In this document: positions 18,745 to 27,710 of the stretch, piece after piece
Layout of the letters: every line of letters starts with the position of its first letter
Numbering within the stretch: the first letter of the stretch is position 1
From: a virus
Lineage: Duplodnaviria; Caudoviricetes
Virus record (IMG/VR): IMGVR_UViG_3300020045_002457
Coordinates: 1 to 49,675 of that record
Strand: one strand, 5' to 3'
DNA length: 49,675 nt
The notes under the pieces: generated by a model
Told to the model about the DNA's origin: nothing
What the model saw: only the letters and a program-made list of their open reading frames with translations
The model's database searches: none
Program-made: the position numbers and the translations under genes

Positions 18745-19172
18745 AACCCATCCCCCACATAAACCGCGTACATGTAGCCGAACCCCATCGACTCGCATTG
18801 TGCCGATGCGTCTTGACTCAATAAGCGAAAGTCGGCACGTTGACGAGTGAGTGCAAACGCCCAAGCAATTTTCGCATCGTCACGATTGCCCGGCGTGGTT
18901 CGCGTGAATTGTGATTGCACAATAACGAGTGGTCGCTTATCGGTGAGCTGTAGCGCTTGAGCCTTGATTACCTTTTGACTGAAATCGTAACACCGCATTT
19001 CGTCAGCGTGTGCGTGCGTAACGAGCATTGCGAGTACGAGCAGCGCAATGATGTATTTCACCAACACCCATAATATCGTCCAAACCGACTCGGCGCGCTT
19101 CACACTCTCGCGTAATTCTTGGTCTGGAAAGCACGGCTTGCGTATCCATTTACCGTTTCGTTTGAGAATCAT
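18741..19172 (-). CDS. Hypothetical protein with TM/signal segment
   Basis: Hydrophobic VWTILWVLVKYIIALLVLAMLVTHAHA; coupled start at 19172. Confidence 0.65.
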   Translation of the reverse strand: MILKRNGKWIRKPCFPDQELRESVKRAESVWTILWVLVKYIIALLVLAMLVTHAHADEMRCYDFSQKVIKAQALQLTDKRPLVIVQSQFTRTTPGNRDDAKIAWAFALTRQRADFRLLSQDASAQCESMGFGYMYAVYVGDGL

Positions 19173-19513
19173 TTGATTTGCTCCGATGCTGTGAGCATTT
19201 TCGCCCAAATATCAGCGTATACGTTTTTAACTTTTCGCTGCGCCTCAGTCGCACCGTTCACTAAACACGCGTCAAGCATTTTGACTGTCGGCTCAATCGG
19301 TACTAGCTTGTAGCCTTCCGGAATGGCTGGCGGGGGTCGCCATTCAGCAGCGCCGTCTGCTAACGTGTACCCTGCGCTTTGTAGCGCACGAATCGCTCGC
19401 TCATTCTCGGCGTGCAGGCGGCGGAGTTCTACTATTGCGTTCATACCGAACAAATAAGGGTCACATTCACCGTCTGACTCGGTCCATTGTTTGATTAATT
19501 CAATTGCGTTCAT
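19169..19513 (-). CDS. Hypothetical protein
   Basis: IPEGYKLVPIEPT..ML motif common in small phage proteins; GAGGAG RBS. Confidence 0.75.
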   Translation of the reverse strand: MNAIELIKQWTESDGECDPYLFGMNAIVELRRLHAENERAIRALQSAGYTLADGAAEWRPPPAIPEGYKLVPIEPTVKMLDACLVNGATEAQRKVKNVYADIWAKMLTASEQIK

Positions 19514-19698
19514 CGGCCATCACTCCTCAAGGGATTGGAAAAGTTGTTCAAGTGTGCAAGCGACGAATCAGAATAGGCGTTGTGCATTATTCGCATACCC
19601 TCGTATATTTCAAACACTGTCATCCACTCCTTGCGTCGCCTATGCCAGAAGTAATGGGGTTTCTGAATGAGGTGTACTTTTGTGCATTTAAAGCTCAT
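19510..19698 (-). CDS. Hypothetical protein
   Basis: ATGA-coupled ORF; GGAG RBS. Confidence 0.6.
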   Translation of the reverse strand: MSFKCTKVHLIQKPHYFWHRRRKEWMTVFEIYEGMRIMHNAYSDSSLAHLNNFSNPLRSDGR

Positions 19699-19880
19699 CG
19701 TCTATCGCTCCGTTCAAATGTTAGTTGTGCTCGCGCCATTAACCAGATGTCGCGAGCAATCAGCGCACCGCTCTCACCGTCACGCAAGAATAACCCGCCA
19801 CCGAGTCGTTGCCAGTGCCAAGGGTGCTGTAAGTGCTTCATCGCGTGTCATTTGAGATATTCCGTGGGGTTGATTCGTTT

Positions 19881-19947
19881 ACTCTAACGCTACTTGGCGA
19901 ATGTGTCAAGTGCTAATTGTTGACACAGTTGTAAATGTTGATAATAT
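19881..19947. promoter_or_regulatory. Back-to-back promoters
   Basis: Minus: TTGACA(19909)-17-TAGAGT with CGCCA. Plus: TTGACA(19920)-16-TAATAT(19942) with extended TG, only 6 nt before ATG 19954. Confidence 0.72.
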
Positions 19948-19953
19948 TGCAAC

Positions 19954-21057
19954 ATGCGCATACTAATTAATGATCGAGCCAGCTATCAGATTACCCACCG
20001 GGAAGTGACGCCCGAGGGATTTTTGCGCGTACCTGGTCATGTTGCACGTTCAGGTATTCAGCAATATTTAGCTAGTGAACTTGGTCTCGATGGTGATCCG
20101 AATCGCGTTGTGGGTGTGTACCGTCCGCCCGAGGAAGTATTCAACGCTGACTCGCTCGCGTCGTATCGCGGTAAAGACATCACACTGACTCACCCGAACG
20201 AGTTGGTAAATGCGTCGAATTACAAACAAGTAACGCGCGGTATCTCAATCGACGAGGGCGTACAAGACGGCGACTTTGTACGATGCGATTTGATCGTTAA
20301 AGATGCCGACGCGATTAAAGCAATTCAGGCGGGTACGTGTGAGCTTAGTGCCGGGTACACTGCCGATTACGAACAAATTAGTGGCGACGGTTACGAGTAC
20401 ATTCAGCGTAATATCGTCATTAATCACATAGCAATCGTTGATCGGGCAAGAGCCGGACGACAAGCGCGCATTTTTGATAACCAACCCGGAGGCAAACCAA
20501 TGCCCGTAACAATCGTACTTGATAGCGGACGCAGCATTGACGTTGCCGACGCTGCGAATGCCCAAGTTGTGGCAGACGCATTTGATCGCCTGAATGCCGC
20601 GCTTAAAACCGCAGCGGCTACATCGGACGTCGCTAAAGCCACAATTGACGGCCTCAACGAGAAAGTCGAAGCGCTGACTATCGCGGCTAGTGATGCTGAA
20701 TTGTCGAAACGTGTTGGTGCGATCGCACAGGTTCACGCCGTAGCACGCAAGATCGTTGGTGATTCGTTCACTTGCACCAGCGTCGATACTGTGGAAATCA
20801 TGCGCGCTGCGTTAGCCGTTGCCAAACCGAAACGTGATTGGTCGGATAAGTCCGCTGAATACGTTCAATACGCTTTCGACGCAGCGGAAGAAGAAGCGGA
20901 AGAAGAAAAGAAAGACGACGACGAATCGAAAGAACAATTGAAAAAATTGGCTAAAGATGCAGCTACTGACGTGACTAAAGACACGAACGACGGCGCACCA
21001 ATGGTCGGTCGCGCTCAAGCGGCATTAAATAAACGCACTGGTAAAGGGGCGAAATAA
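19954..21057 (+). CDS. Prohead protease/scaffold (DUF2213 family)
   Basis: TPEGFL...ARSGIQ.Y, HP, ELSAGY, NHIAIVDRARAG; acidic helical C-terminus. Confidence 0.88.
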   Translation: MRILINDRASYQITHREVTPEGFLRVPGHVARSGIQQYLASELGLDGDPNRVVGVYRPPEEVFNADSLASYRGKDITLTHPNELVNASNYKQVTRGISIDEGVQDGDFVRCDLIVKDADAIKAIQAGTCELSAGYTADYEQISGDGYEYIQRNIVINHIAIVDRARAGRQARIFDNQPGGKPMPVTIVLDSGRSIDVADAANAQVVADAFDRLNAALKTAAATSDVAKATIDGLNEKVEALTIAASDAELSKRVGAIAQVHAVARKIVGDSFTCTSVDTVEIMRAALAVAKPKRDWSDKSAEYVQYAFDAAEEEAEEEKKDDDESKEQLKKLAKDAATDVTKDTNDGAPMVGRAQAALNKRTGKGAK

Positions 21058-21557
21058 TGACAGGTATCGTACAAGCCACATACGGCTTAAATCACAATCC
21101 GGCATTTGTCGGTCAAGTTGCTGATGATCAAACGGCTAATATCGTATCGAAGCTGAACAACGACACTGTAACGATCCAGTACGGTAAAGGCGTTGTCGCT
21201 GATGCTTCGGATCTGACCCAAGGTGCTAAACTTGCCACATCGGGTAGCGTTGCGGCTGACTTTATCGGTGTTGCGGTTCGTGAATTGAATCGTTCGTATA
21301 TGAATAGCGACACGTTCGGCGCGCCAGTTGATAAAGATTTCTCGGTAATGACTGTCGGTACAATTTGGGTCAAAGCTGCTGAAGCCGTTACAGCGCGTGC
21401 GCCAGCGTTCCTGCGTGTCGGCGCGACTAATACGGGCGATTTCGGTGTTGCTGCTGGTACTGGTGCGACGTTATCCGTGGCAATCCCCGGCGCTAAATTC
21501 CTCACTGGTGGCGCTGCTGGCGACCTCGTTAAAATCTCATTTGTGGTAGGTGGCTAA
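21057..21557 (+). CDS. Head decoration/cement protein
   Basis: Position between scaffold and capsid genes; FIGVAVR, V...GTIWV. Confidence 0.75.
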   Translation: MTGIVQATYGLNHNPAFVGQVADDQTANIVSKLNNDTVTIQYGKGVVADASDLTQGAKLATSGSVAADFIGVAVRELNRSYMNSDTFGAPVDKDFSVMTVGTIWVKAAEAVTARAPAFLRVGATNTGDFGVAAGTGATLSVAIPGAKFLTGGAAGDLVKISFVVGG

Positions 21558-21558
21558 T

Positions 21559-22593
21559 ATGGCGAACACTAAAGTAGTTGTACTGGATGCTCAAACCATC
21601 GCGGGTAATCCGTGGTTGAGCAAATTCTTGGATTCGAGCAAAGCGATTACCGTACCAACTACGGTTCTTGATGCTGACGGCGGTGTGGCGTTCTACATTT
21701 CGCAACTCGCAGCGCTTGAAACCACTGTGTATGAAGTACCGTACGCGAATATCACGTATCTTGAAGATATTCCAGTTGCGGGAAATATCCCTGAATACGC
21801 CACGCATTGGAACTATCGTTCGTACGATGGCGCTGCGATGGGTAAATTCATTTCAGCTAATGCACAAGACTTGCCACGCGTTGCGCAATCGGCAAAATTG
21901 CATCAAGTTGAATTGGGTTACGCCGGCGTTGAATGTCACTATTCGCTTGATGAATTGCGTGCGACTTCGGCAATGAATATGCCGATTGATGCGATGCAAG
22001 CTGAATTGGCATATCGCGGTTCGGAAGAGCATTCGCAAAAAGTGGCCTACTTCGGCGATGCTGGTCGCAGTATGGATGGTTTGTTTAACAATCCAAACGT
22101 GACCAAAACAAGCGCTGCTGTAAATTACGCAACGTGTACCGGTCAAGAATTGTTCGACTTGCTGAACAACCCAGTGTTCACAATTGTGAAAGCGTCTAAG
22201 AATTATCACACGCCGAATACCGTGCTGATGTTCCCCGACTTGTGGAAACGCGCTACATCATTGTTGATGACTGGCTATACGGATCGTACTGTCATGGAAC
22301 ACTTCATGATCAACAACGCGTACACGTTGTTGACGAAGCAAGAAATCGACGTTAAAATCCGTTTCCAATTGACCGCTGCTGAACTGGCTGCAAATGGCGT
22401 ATCGAATAGCAATAAAGATCGTTACGTTGTGTACGAAAAAGCGGAGCGCAATTTAGCAGTTGCTAAACCGATCCCGTTCCGTATGTTGGCCCCGCAATAT
22501 GCTGGTCTGGGTGTGACCGTTCCCGCTGAGTATAAAATCTCAGGTACGGAATTCCGTTACCCACTAAGCGCGATCTACATCGACATGCTGTAA
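21559..22593 (+). CDS. Major capsid protein (DUF2184 family)
   Basis: SQLA.LE..VYE..Y, YSLDEL, GLFNNPN, GTEFRYP; biased codon usage. Confidence 0.9.
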   Translation: MANTKVVVLDAQTIAGNPWLSKFLDSSKAITVPTTVLDADGGVAFYISQLAALETTVYEVPYANITYLEDIPVAGNIPEYATHWNYRSYDGAAMGKFISANAQDLPRVAQSAKLHQVELGYAGVECHYSLDELRATSAMNMPIDAMQAELAYRGSEEHSQKVAYFGDAGRSMDGLFNNPNVTKTSAAVNYATCTGQELFDLLNNPVFTIVKASKNYHTPNTVLMFPDLWKRATSLLMTGYTDRTVMEHFMINNAYTLLTKQEIDVKIRFQLTAAELAANGVSNSNKDRYVVYEKAERNLAVAKPIPFRMLAPQYAGLGVTVPAEYKISGTEFRYPLSAIYIDML

Positions 22594-22622
22594 TTACTGC
22601 ACCACATTGAGGATTTATCAAA

Positions 22623-22928
22623 ATGGCTAAAACCACATTACGTAGTACCGCACGATGCGCAATCATCATTCCTTTTATGGGTAGTGACGTTGAAGGTTTA
22701 GTTGCACCGGGCGCTGAAATTAACGTGCCCGCCGAATCAATGGCGACTGACTTTGTTAAAAATTTGATCGCCATTGGTGAATTGGTTGATCTTGGTGAAA
22801 TCGAGGAAGGTGAACAATCACTCGACGAGTTGCGCGCTAAGTGCGATGAATTAGGTATTGATCATTCGCCTCGTTGGTCTCGCGCTAAATTACAGCTTGA
22901 GATTGCCAAAGCACCTAAAGCAGAATAA
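22623..22928 (+). CDS. Head-associated protein with C-terminal HeH/Rho-N-like motif
   Basis: SLDELRAKCDELGI...WSRAKL; lies directly after the capsid gene. Confidence 0.65.
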   Translation: MAKTTLRSTARCAIIIPFMGSDVEGLVAPGAEINVPAESMATDFVKNLIAIGELVDLGEIEEGEQSLDELRAKCDELGIDHSPRWSRAKLQLEIAKAPKAE

Positions 22929-22945
22929 TCTCGGTATATACCGTC

Positions 22946-22978
22946 AAGAGCCGCGTCGGTAAGATTGCGGCTCTTTTT
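22946..22978 (+). terminator. Rho-independent terminator after the capsid operon
   Basis: AAGAGCCGC...GCGGCTCTT followed by a T-run. Confidence 0.75.
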
Positions 22979-22997
22979 ACATTTAAGGAATGAAATT

Positions 22998-23183
22998 ATG
23001 GCAGTCACATCGATGAGCGACGGCTCGCAAGTTAATCCTGATGATTACGCTCAGGTTTTGACGTACAACGGCGACGGTACTGTGAACTATATTCAATTCG
23101 TTGCGGGCGGCAACACTTACCGTCAAACATTCACATATGAATCGGGGAAAGTATCCGGTATTTCTCAATGGGTGAAACAATGA
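22998..23183 (+). CDS. Small beta-rich protein, putative adaptor for the downstream protein
   Basis: AAGGA RBS, ATG 22998; ATGA-coupled to 23180. Confidence 0.7.
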   Translation: MAVTSMSDGSQVNPDDYAQVLTYNGDGTVNYIQFVAGGNTYRQTFTYESGKVSGISQWVKQ

Positions 23184-25375
23184 GCTTGAGTGAACACATT
23201 AAAGAGCATGCCGTTCTGGGTATAGGTGGATCGGGCGGGTCGTCGGCAAGTGAGGCTGCGAACCCTGCACCACTGGCGATCCCAGTCGACAGTATTTATG
23301 GCTGGTATCAAGCTCACGATGACGGTGTTTTTTATGGTGTAAAAGACCAGACCGCATTAAATGTTTGGGCTAAAACCGCCCCATTAGGTCGAGACTTGGT
23401 AGATGCCTATACTTTTGATCCATCATGGCAAATCACACATACTGTGGTTTTATCTGATGGATCATTAATCGTGCAAATTCGTGAAGGTACATTGGTATAT
23501 GGCGATTTGTACCGCAGCACGGATAAAGGCGCTACGTTCAATAAAGTCCTTGAAATGGGTAAGTATGACGGCGTTCGCCAAGCGGGTTGTCGTCTACTTT
23601 CTGACCGAGCAATCTGCGACGCTGGCGGCGGCGTATTGTTCGCCGTTCTTTACAATGTAGCTGATACAGTTGGCGGCGTAACTAGAACTCCCGGCGGTTT
23701 AAACGACCGAATTAGCGTGTATAAATCTGGCGACTACGGTGCTACGTGGGAAATCATTGCTGATTTTAATCAGGGTGCTCGTCATATCCGTCATTTCCAC
23801 TGCATTCGTAAAGACCCGTACACTGGAAAATTCTACATCGGCATGGGGGATGCAAACGCTGAAAGCTATGTGATTGAATGGGACGGGGTGAGCCCTTGGC
23901 AATCAAACACCCTACCTTCGGCATATGCAGCAGGAAGTATTGCAGGCTTCAGGGCAGTGGGTGGTGAACAACGATTCCGTTGGGTTGACGCGTTATTTAC
24001 GAAAGACGCTATTTACTCATTCACTGACGCAGCGCCAGATCAGCGCGGTGCTGAAGAAAATAACGGCATTTGGAAGTTATCGAAAGACCTACAAAGCTAC
24101 ACACGTTCTGATAGCTCAGTTCTCAAGTTTCAAAAGCGTAGCGGGTTTTACGGCCTAATGCTGCCAAATGGGGTGCAGGTATGGGTTGATGGACAAGAGG
24201 GCGCTCAAACAGGTGACCACTTCATTAGCGTTTACGCGTCACGCGATGGCGAAAATTGGAGCGCTATTGGGCGACTCAATACTGCGCCGACGACGACGCA
24301 AAAAATCGTTACGTCGTTTTTTAACATCGGCAATCGAGTTTACGTCACCGCGCAAAACACAACAGGCAAATCGTCACGCGAAACTATCGTATTTGATGTT
24401 TCCGAAACTGAAAATTTCTACAAGCGCAGCGGTCGCCCTGATACGCTACACCCTTGTTACTGGATTGATGGTGTGAATGGTGTTGATGATGCAAATACAC
24501 GTCGAGGCTACCAACCATCGTTACCTTGGCGAACAATTAGCGCTGCAATGGCAGTAGGAAAGGCCACGTATGCGGCTCGATTCCTCCTTGCTCCAACTGT
24601 TGACTATGAATTAAGTGCATTTACACCAGACTTATCAGGGGCGACGATTCAAGGGGATTCTGCTGTACCCGCTGTGATTTCGACTAACCCATCTGTGACA
24701 GGCGTGGCACGATTCAAGTTAGCATCGGGTGGTGCGGGTTTTAGTGCGATCACAATGCAGACACGCGACGTACGGATTGAGCTGGATAATGTTATCGGTG
24801 CGACTGAAAAAACGGGGGGTACAACTGTATTTGAGGCGGCAAGCACAGGTACAACAATTAAAGAAGTCACTCTAGTGAATGGCGCGCAACTCGTTAATTT
24901 AACTGGAGCAGGTCAGATTTTCCGTGGCCGTCAAGGTTCATCACTCGATGTAAAAGAAGGCTGCGCACTCAACGGAGGCTCTGGCGGTGTAACATGTTTC
25001 GACGGGACAGTAACAGGCTTGTGGTCATTGAAAACAGCACTCAATACAGCAATAATCGGTGGCGCTAATGCAGTAAAACACGCAGGCGGAGGCACTGTTG
25101 ATATTAAAGGTTCAATGTTTGGTCAAGTGGGTTGGATTTATGACATCATCGCGGGAGCAACAAGCAAGCCTAAAATGTCAGGTGCTTTATTAGCGAACCG
25201 CTCTGGCTCGGGTACTTTGCGAGACAGTGCTGCGCTAACATGGTCTGGAGAGCTAGTAGGTTGCACGTTCGGTACTGCTCCCACTGTAAATGCGGCGGCT
25301 CTTGTAAATTGCGTTACTGATTATTCAGCAAGGCCAATCGACCCTGTTAATGGGTTATATAACACAGCGACATAA
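23180..25375 (+). CDS. Sialidase-like BNR/Asp-box beta-propeller plus beta-helix protein (putative fibre/depolymerase)
   Basis: Asp boxes YRSTDKGATF, YKSGDYGATW, YASRDGENW; WIDGVNG.D...G..PSLPWRTISAA beta-helix cap motif. Confidence 0.75.
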   Translation: MSLSEHIKEHAVLGIGGSGGSSASEAANPAPLAIPVDSIYGWYQAHDDGVFYGVKDQTALNVWAKTAPLGRDLVDAYTFDPSWQITHTVVLSDGSLIVQIREGTLVYGDLYRSTDKGATFNKVLEMGKYDGVRQAGCRLLSDRAICDAGGGVLFAVLYNVADTVGGVTRTPGGLNDRISVYKSGDYGATWEIIADFNQGARHIRHFHCIRKDPYTGKFYIGMGDANAESYVIEWDGVSPWQSNTLPSAYAAGSIAGFRAVGGEQRFRWVDALFTKDAIYSFTDAAPDQRGAEENNGIWKLSKDLQSYTRSDSSVLKFQKRSGFYGLMLPNGVQVWVDGQEGAQTGDHFISVYASRDGENWSAIGRLNTAPTTTQKIVTSFFNIGNRVYVTAQNTTGKSSRETIVFDVSETENFYKRSGRPDTLHPCYWIDGVNGVDDANTRRGYQPSLPWRTISAAMAVGKATYAARFLLAPTVDYELSAFTPDLSGATIQGDSAVPAVISTNPSVTGVARFKLASGGAGFSAITMQTRDVRIELDNVIGATEKTGGTTVFEAASTGTTIKEVTLVNGAQLVNLTGAGQIFRGRQGSSLDVKEGCALNGGSGGVTCFDGTVTGLWSLKTALNTAIIGGANAVKHAGGGTVDIKGSMFGQVGWIYDIIAGATSKPKMSGALLANRSGSGTLRDSAALTWSGELVGCTFGTAPTVNAAALVNCVTDYSARPIDPVNGLYNTAT

Positions 25376-25383
25376 CCAACACC

Positions 25384-25584
25384 CTAACCCGCTTCGGCGG
25401 GTTTTTTCTTGGCCGCCAATTCAATCGCTTTACGTACGCCCGCACTCACTTCCCCACCGCCTAACCGTCGCGCCTGCCGCGCGTGCCATGCCGTCAATCT
25501 CACGCTGTATGCATCCATAGCTACGTCTTGAACTGCTTCTTGTGGTTGTTTTTTCACGTCGGTACACCCTTTTTCGAATGACAA
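25384..25584 (-). CDS. Small ribbon-helix-helix-like DNA-binding protein
   Basis: YSVRLTAWHARQARRLGGGEVSAGVRKAIE fits a beta-alpha-alpha pattern; start uncertain. Confidence 0.55.
   Translation of the reverse strand: MSFEKGCTDVKKQPQEAVQDVAMDAYSVRLTAWHARQARRLGGGEVSAGVRKAIELAAKKKPAEAG
25386..25407 (+). terminator. Rho-independent terminator
   Basis: AACCCGC-TTCG-GCGGGTT followed by TTTT. Confidence 0.85.
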
Positions 25585-25744
25585 GCAATCCTACAGCGTA
25601 AGACGTATTACGCAATACCTTATGTGTGTCTTTCATCACAAGGAGATTATCGTGCCTGAATTGACACTTGACGCCCACGAAATTCGTTCGGAAGGGCGTT
25701 ATGAACACCTCAAACATTTGATTACACATAAGGCGGACAATACT

Positions 25745-26572
25745 ATGTCAGAAAAAGATCACGTAACAAACATTTTCAAAAGTGACGGCCACAGTGGTGA
25801 GGGCGGTTTAGCTAGCGCACTTCCTCTGTTGCTTGCTGGCGGCGCACGCCGCAATGACGATGGCTTTGGTGGTGCGGGTGGTCTCGTGGCTGGCGGCTTG
25901 GGTGGCTTGGTGCTAGGCTCATTGCTGAACGGACGCAACGGGGGTTTACTTGGAGGTGGCGGCGGGGATTGTGGTAATGGTGCAGAAACACGTCTACAAA
26001 CCAACGCAGATACTTTGGCGATCCTGAACGCGGTCAACAACAGCGTGACCGCTACAAATGCAGGTACGGCTAAAATCAGCAGCGACATTCAAACGCAGAC
26101 GTTCCAAATTGCGCAAGGTTTAACGAATCTGAACGACTCAATCAGTTTAGTAAATCAAAACGTATCGTCACAAGGTTGTCAAACTCGTGAATGGGTGTCG
26201 TCTGACGGTGAGAAAACGCGCGCGCTGTTGGTGTCTCGTTTCCAATTGGAAGACGCTACCAAGATTGCTGAACAAAATGCTCGCATTGTGGCTTTGGAAA
26301 CTCGCTCACACGCCGACCATTTGCACGCTACTAACACGCTGAGTATCACCAATACCAACACAGCGGTGGCGGCACAAGCTCAGCGTCAAGACCAAGACCA
26401 ACGTCAATCGCAGTTTCAGGCATTGGTCGGTGAATTGAATCGTTTAAATTGTGAAATTGCTCACACTAAGCAAATCGCAACGGCCACGAATCAAAACATC
26501 ATCGCCGGCAATACTGGCGCCGTGGTGACTGGTCCACAAGCAGCAAATCCGACGAACGTAAACACTCGCTGA
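25745..26572 (+). CDS. Gly-rich, Asn/Gln-rich coiled-coil protein of unknown function
   Basis: GFGGAGGLVAGGLGGLVLGSLL...GGGGGDCG; CQTRE...DGEKTRALL; probable start ATG 25745 (ORF open from 25622). Confidence 0.8.
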   Translation: MSEKDHVTNIFKSDGHSGEGGLASALPLLLAGGARRNDDGFGGAGGLVAGGLGGLVLGSLLNGRNGGLLGGGGGDCGNGAETRLQTNADTLAILNAVNNSVTATNAGTAKISSDIQTQTFQIAQGLTNLNDSISLVNQNVSSQGCQTREWVSSDGEKTRALLVSRFQLEDATKIAEQNARIVALETRSHADHLHATNTLSITNTNTAVAAQAQRQDQDQRQSQFQALVGELNRLNCEIAHTKQIATATNQNIIAGNTGAVVTGPQAANPTNVNTR

Positions 26573-26631
26573 TTTGACGTAGTGTAACCGACGCCCTTTG
26601 GCTATGCTGAGGGGCGTTATTATTTGAGGGT

Positions 26632-26946
26632 TTGATTATGCTCGGTTTATCTAAATCTGATATTGCTAAACTTGCGGCGCAGTGGATCGCTGATAATCCA
26701 GCCGAAGCGGTTCGCATGGTGCTCACCGCTGCGCCGGTTGCCAAATATCTGACGTCAGCGCTCACGGATGACCAGCTTGAATGGTTGTCGTACGATATTC
26801 AGACGCGCCCGCTCGGTTTGGTCGAGTTCGCCCTGTCGCGCGGCGGTAAACATTTTGTCGAGCGCGGCCTAATTGAATATCGTGCAGAAGTTGAGGCGCG
26901 GCAACGAAAGCCGCGCGCGATGGAGATTAGTCAATCTGTGCTGTAA
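26632..26946 (+). CDS. Hypothetical protein
   Basis: GAGGG RBS; follows the Gly-rich gene. Confidence 0.7.
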   Translation: MIMLGLSKSDIAKLAAQWIADNPAEAVRMVLTAAPVAKYLTSALTDDQLEWLSYDIQTRPLGLVEFALSRGGKHFVERGLIEYRAEVEARQRKPRAMEISQSVL

Positions 26947-27226
26947 TTTGAATCGACACTGCAACGGGCGCAACAACATTGATCTGAACTTCTTCAATGA
27001 GGGGTGCGCCTGGCGTCACGTGCGTGGCGATTATCGTCACAACGCCTATCTCGCCATGTCGCGGCGTTACAACACAACCCGTCTCGGTGGGTGTAATATC
27101 GATAATCGTGTGCTGCGGGTAAACTTCCCACGTTACGGAACTACCGTTAATCGGATCGCCCTGCATGTCCAGCACCATGGCAGTTAACGATAAAATTTTG
27201 TTATTTTGAAGCGTGGTCATAGTCAT
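26927..27226 (-). CDS. Stand-alone Ig-like (Big-type) domain protein
   Basis: LTA.VLD..G.PING..VTW...G.VTI.AT...INVV; GGAGGT RBS before ATG 27226. Confidence 0.65.
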   Translation of the reverse strand: MTMTTLQNNKILSLTAMVLDMQGDPINGSSVTWEVYPQHTIIDITPTETGCVVTPRHGEIGVVTIIATHVTPGAPLIEEVQINVVAPVAVSIQITAQID

Positions 27227-27296
27227 GTGAATACCTCCATAATGAATGGGTATAATCACATATTTGGCGTATGACGAATCATTGAGGAATTACATT

Positions 27297-27710
27297 GTGG
27301 ATATCACCCCTGAAATTATCGCGGCATTCCGCGAGCAAATGACGGCGTTTGCCGATGTTACTAAGTATCCAGACGATCTAGTTCAGACGGCGCTTGAGGA
27401 AGCCGTGACGGAGACGGGCGGGCGCGGGTGGGGTGGTTACGGTGATGAACCGAGTAATTTCAAACGACGCGGTATGTTTTACTTCGCAGCGCATTGGCTC
27501 GCCACTTTTTACCCGAAAGGCCTCGGTACGGGTGCGGTCAATTCCGAAGCGCGATTGAACGTGCAGAATAAATCAATCGGCGACGAGAATATTTCTTATC
27601 GCGTACCGGTGATGATGGATGTGGGTAACGATTGGCTCACGTACACAGTGTACGGACAGCAATTTTATCGCTTGAAGAAACGCGCTGGTATGGGCGCGCG
27701 GGCGGTGTGA
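27297..27710 (+). CDS. Head-tail adaptor (DUF4054 family)
   Basis: FRE...AFAD..KYPD, FAAHWL, T.YGQQF; GAGG RBS before GTG 27297. Confidence 0.85.
   Translation: MDITPEIIAAFREQMTAFADVTKYPDDLVQTALEEAVTETGGRGWGGYGDEPSNFKRRGMFYFAAHWLATFYPKGLGTGAVNSEARLNVQNKSIGDENISYRVPVMMDVGNDWLTYTVYGQQFYRLKKRAGMGARAV

Noticed and set aside
19695-19851. Small minus-strand ORFs directly after the 19909 promoter (23 aa and 48 aa, different frames)
   Set aside because: One is probably real, but I could not decide which start or frame from the sequence alone
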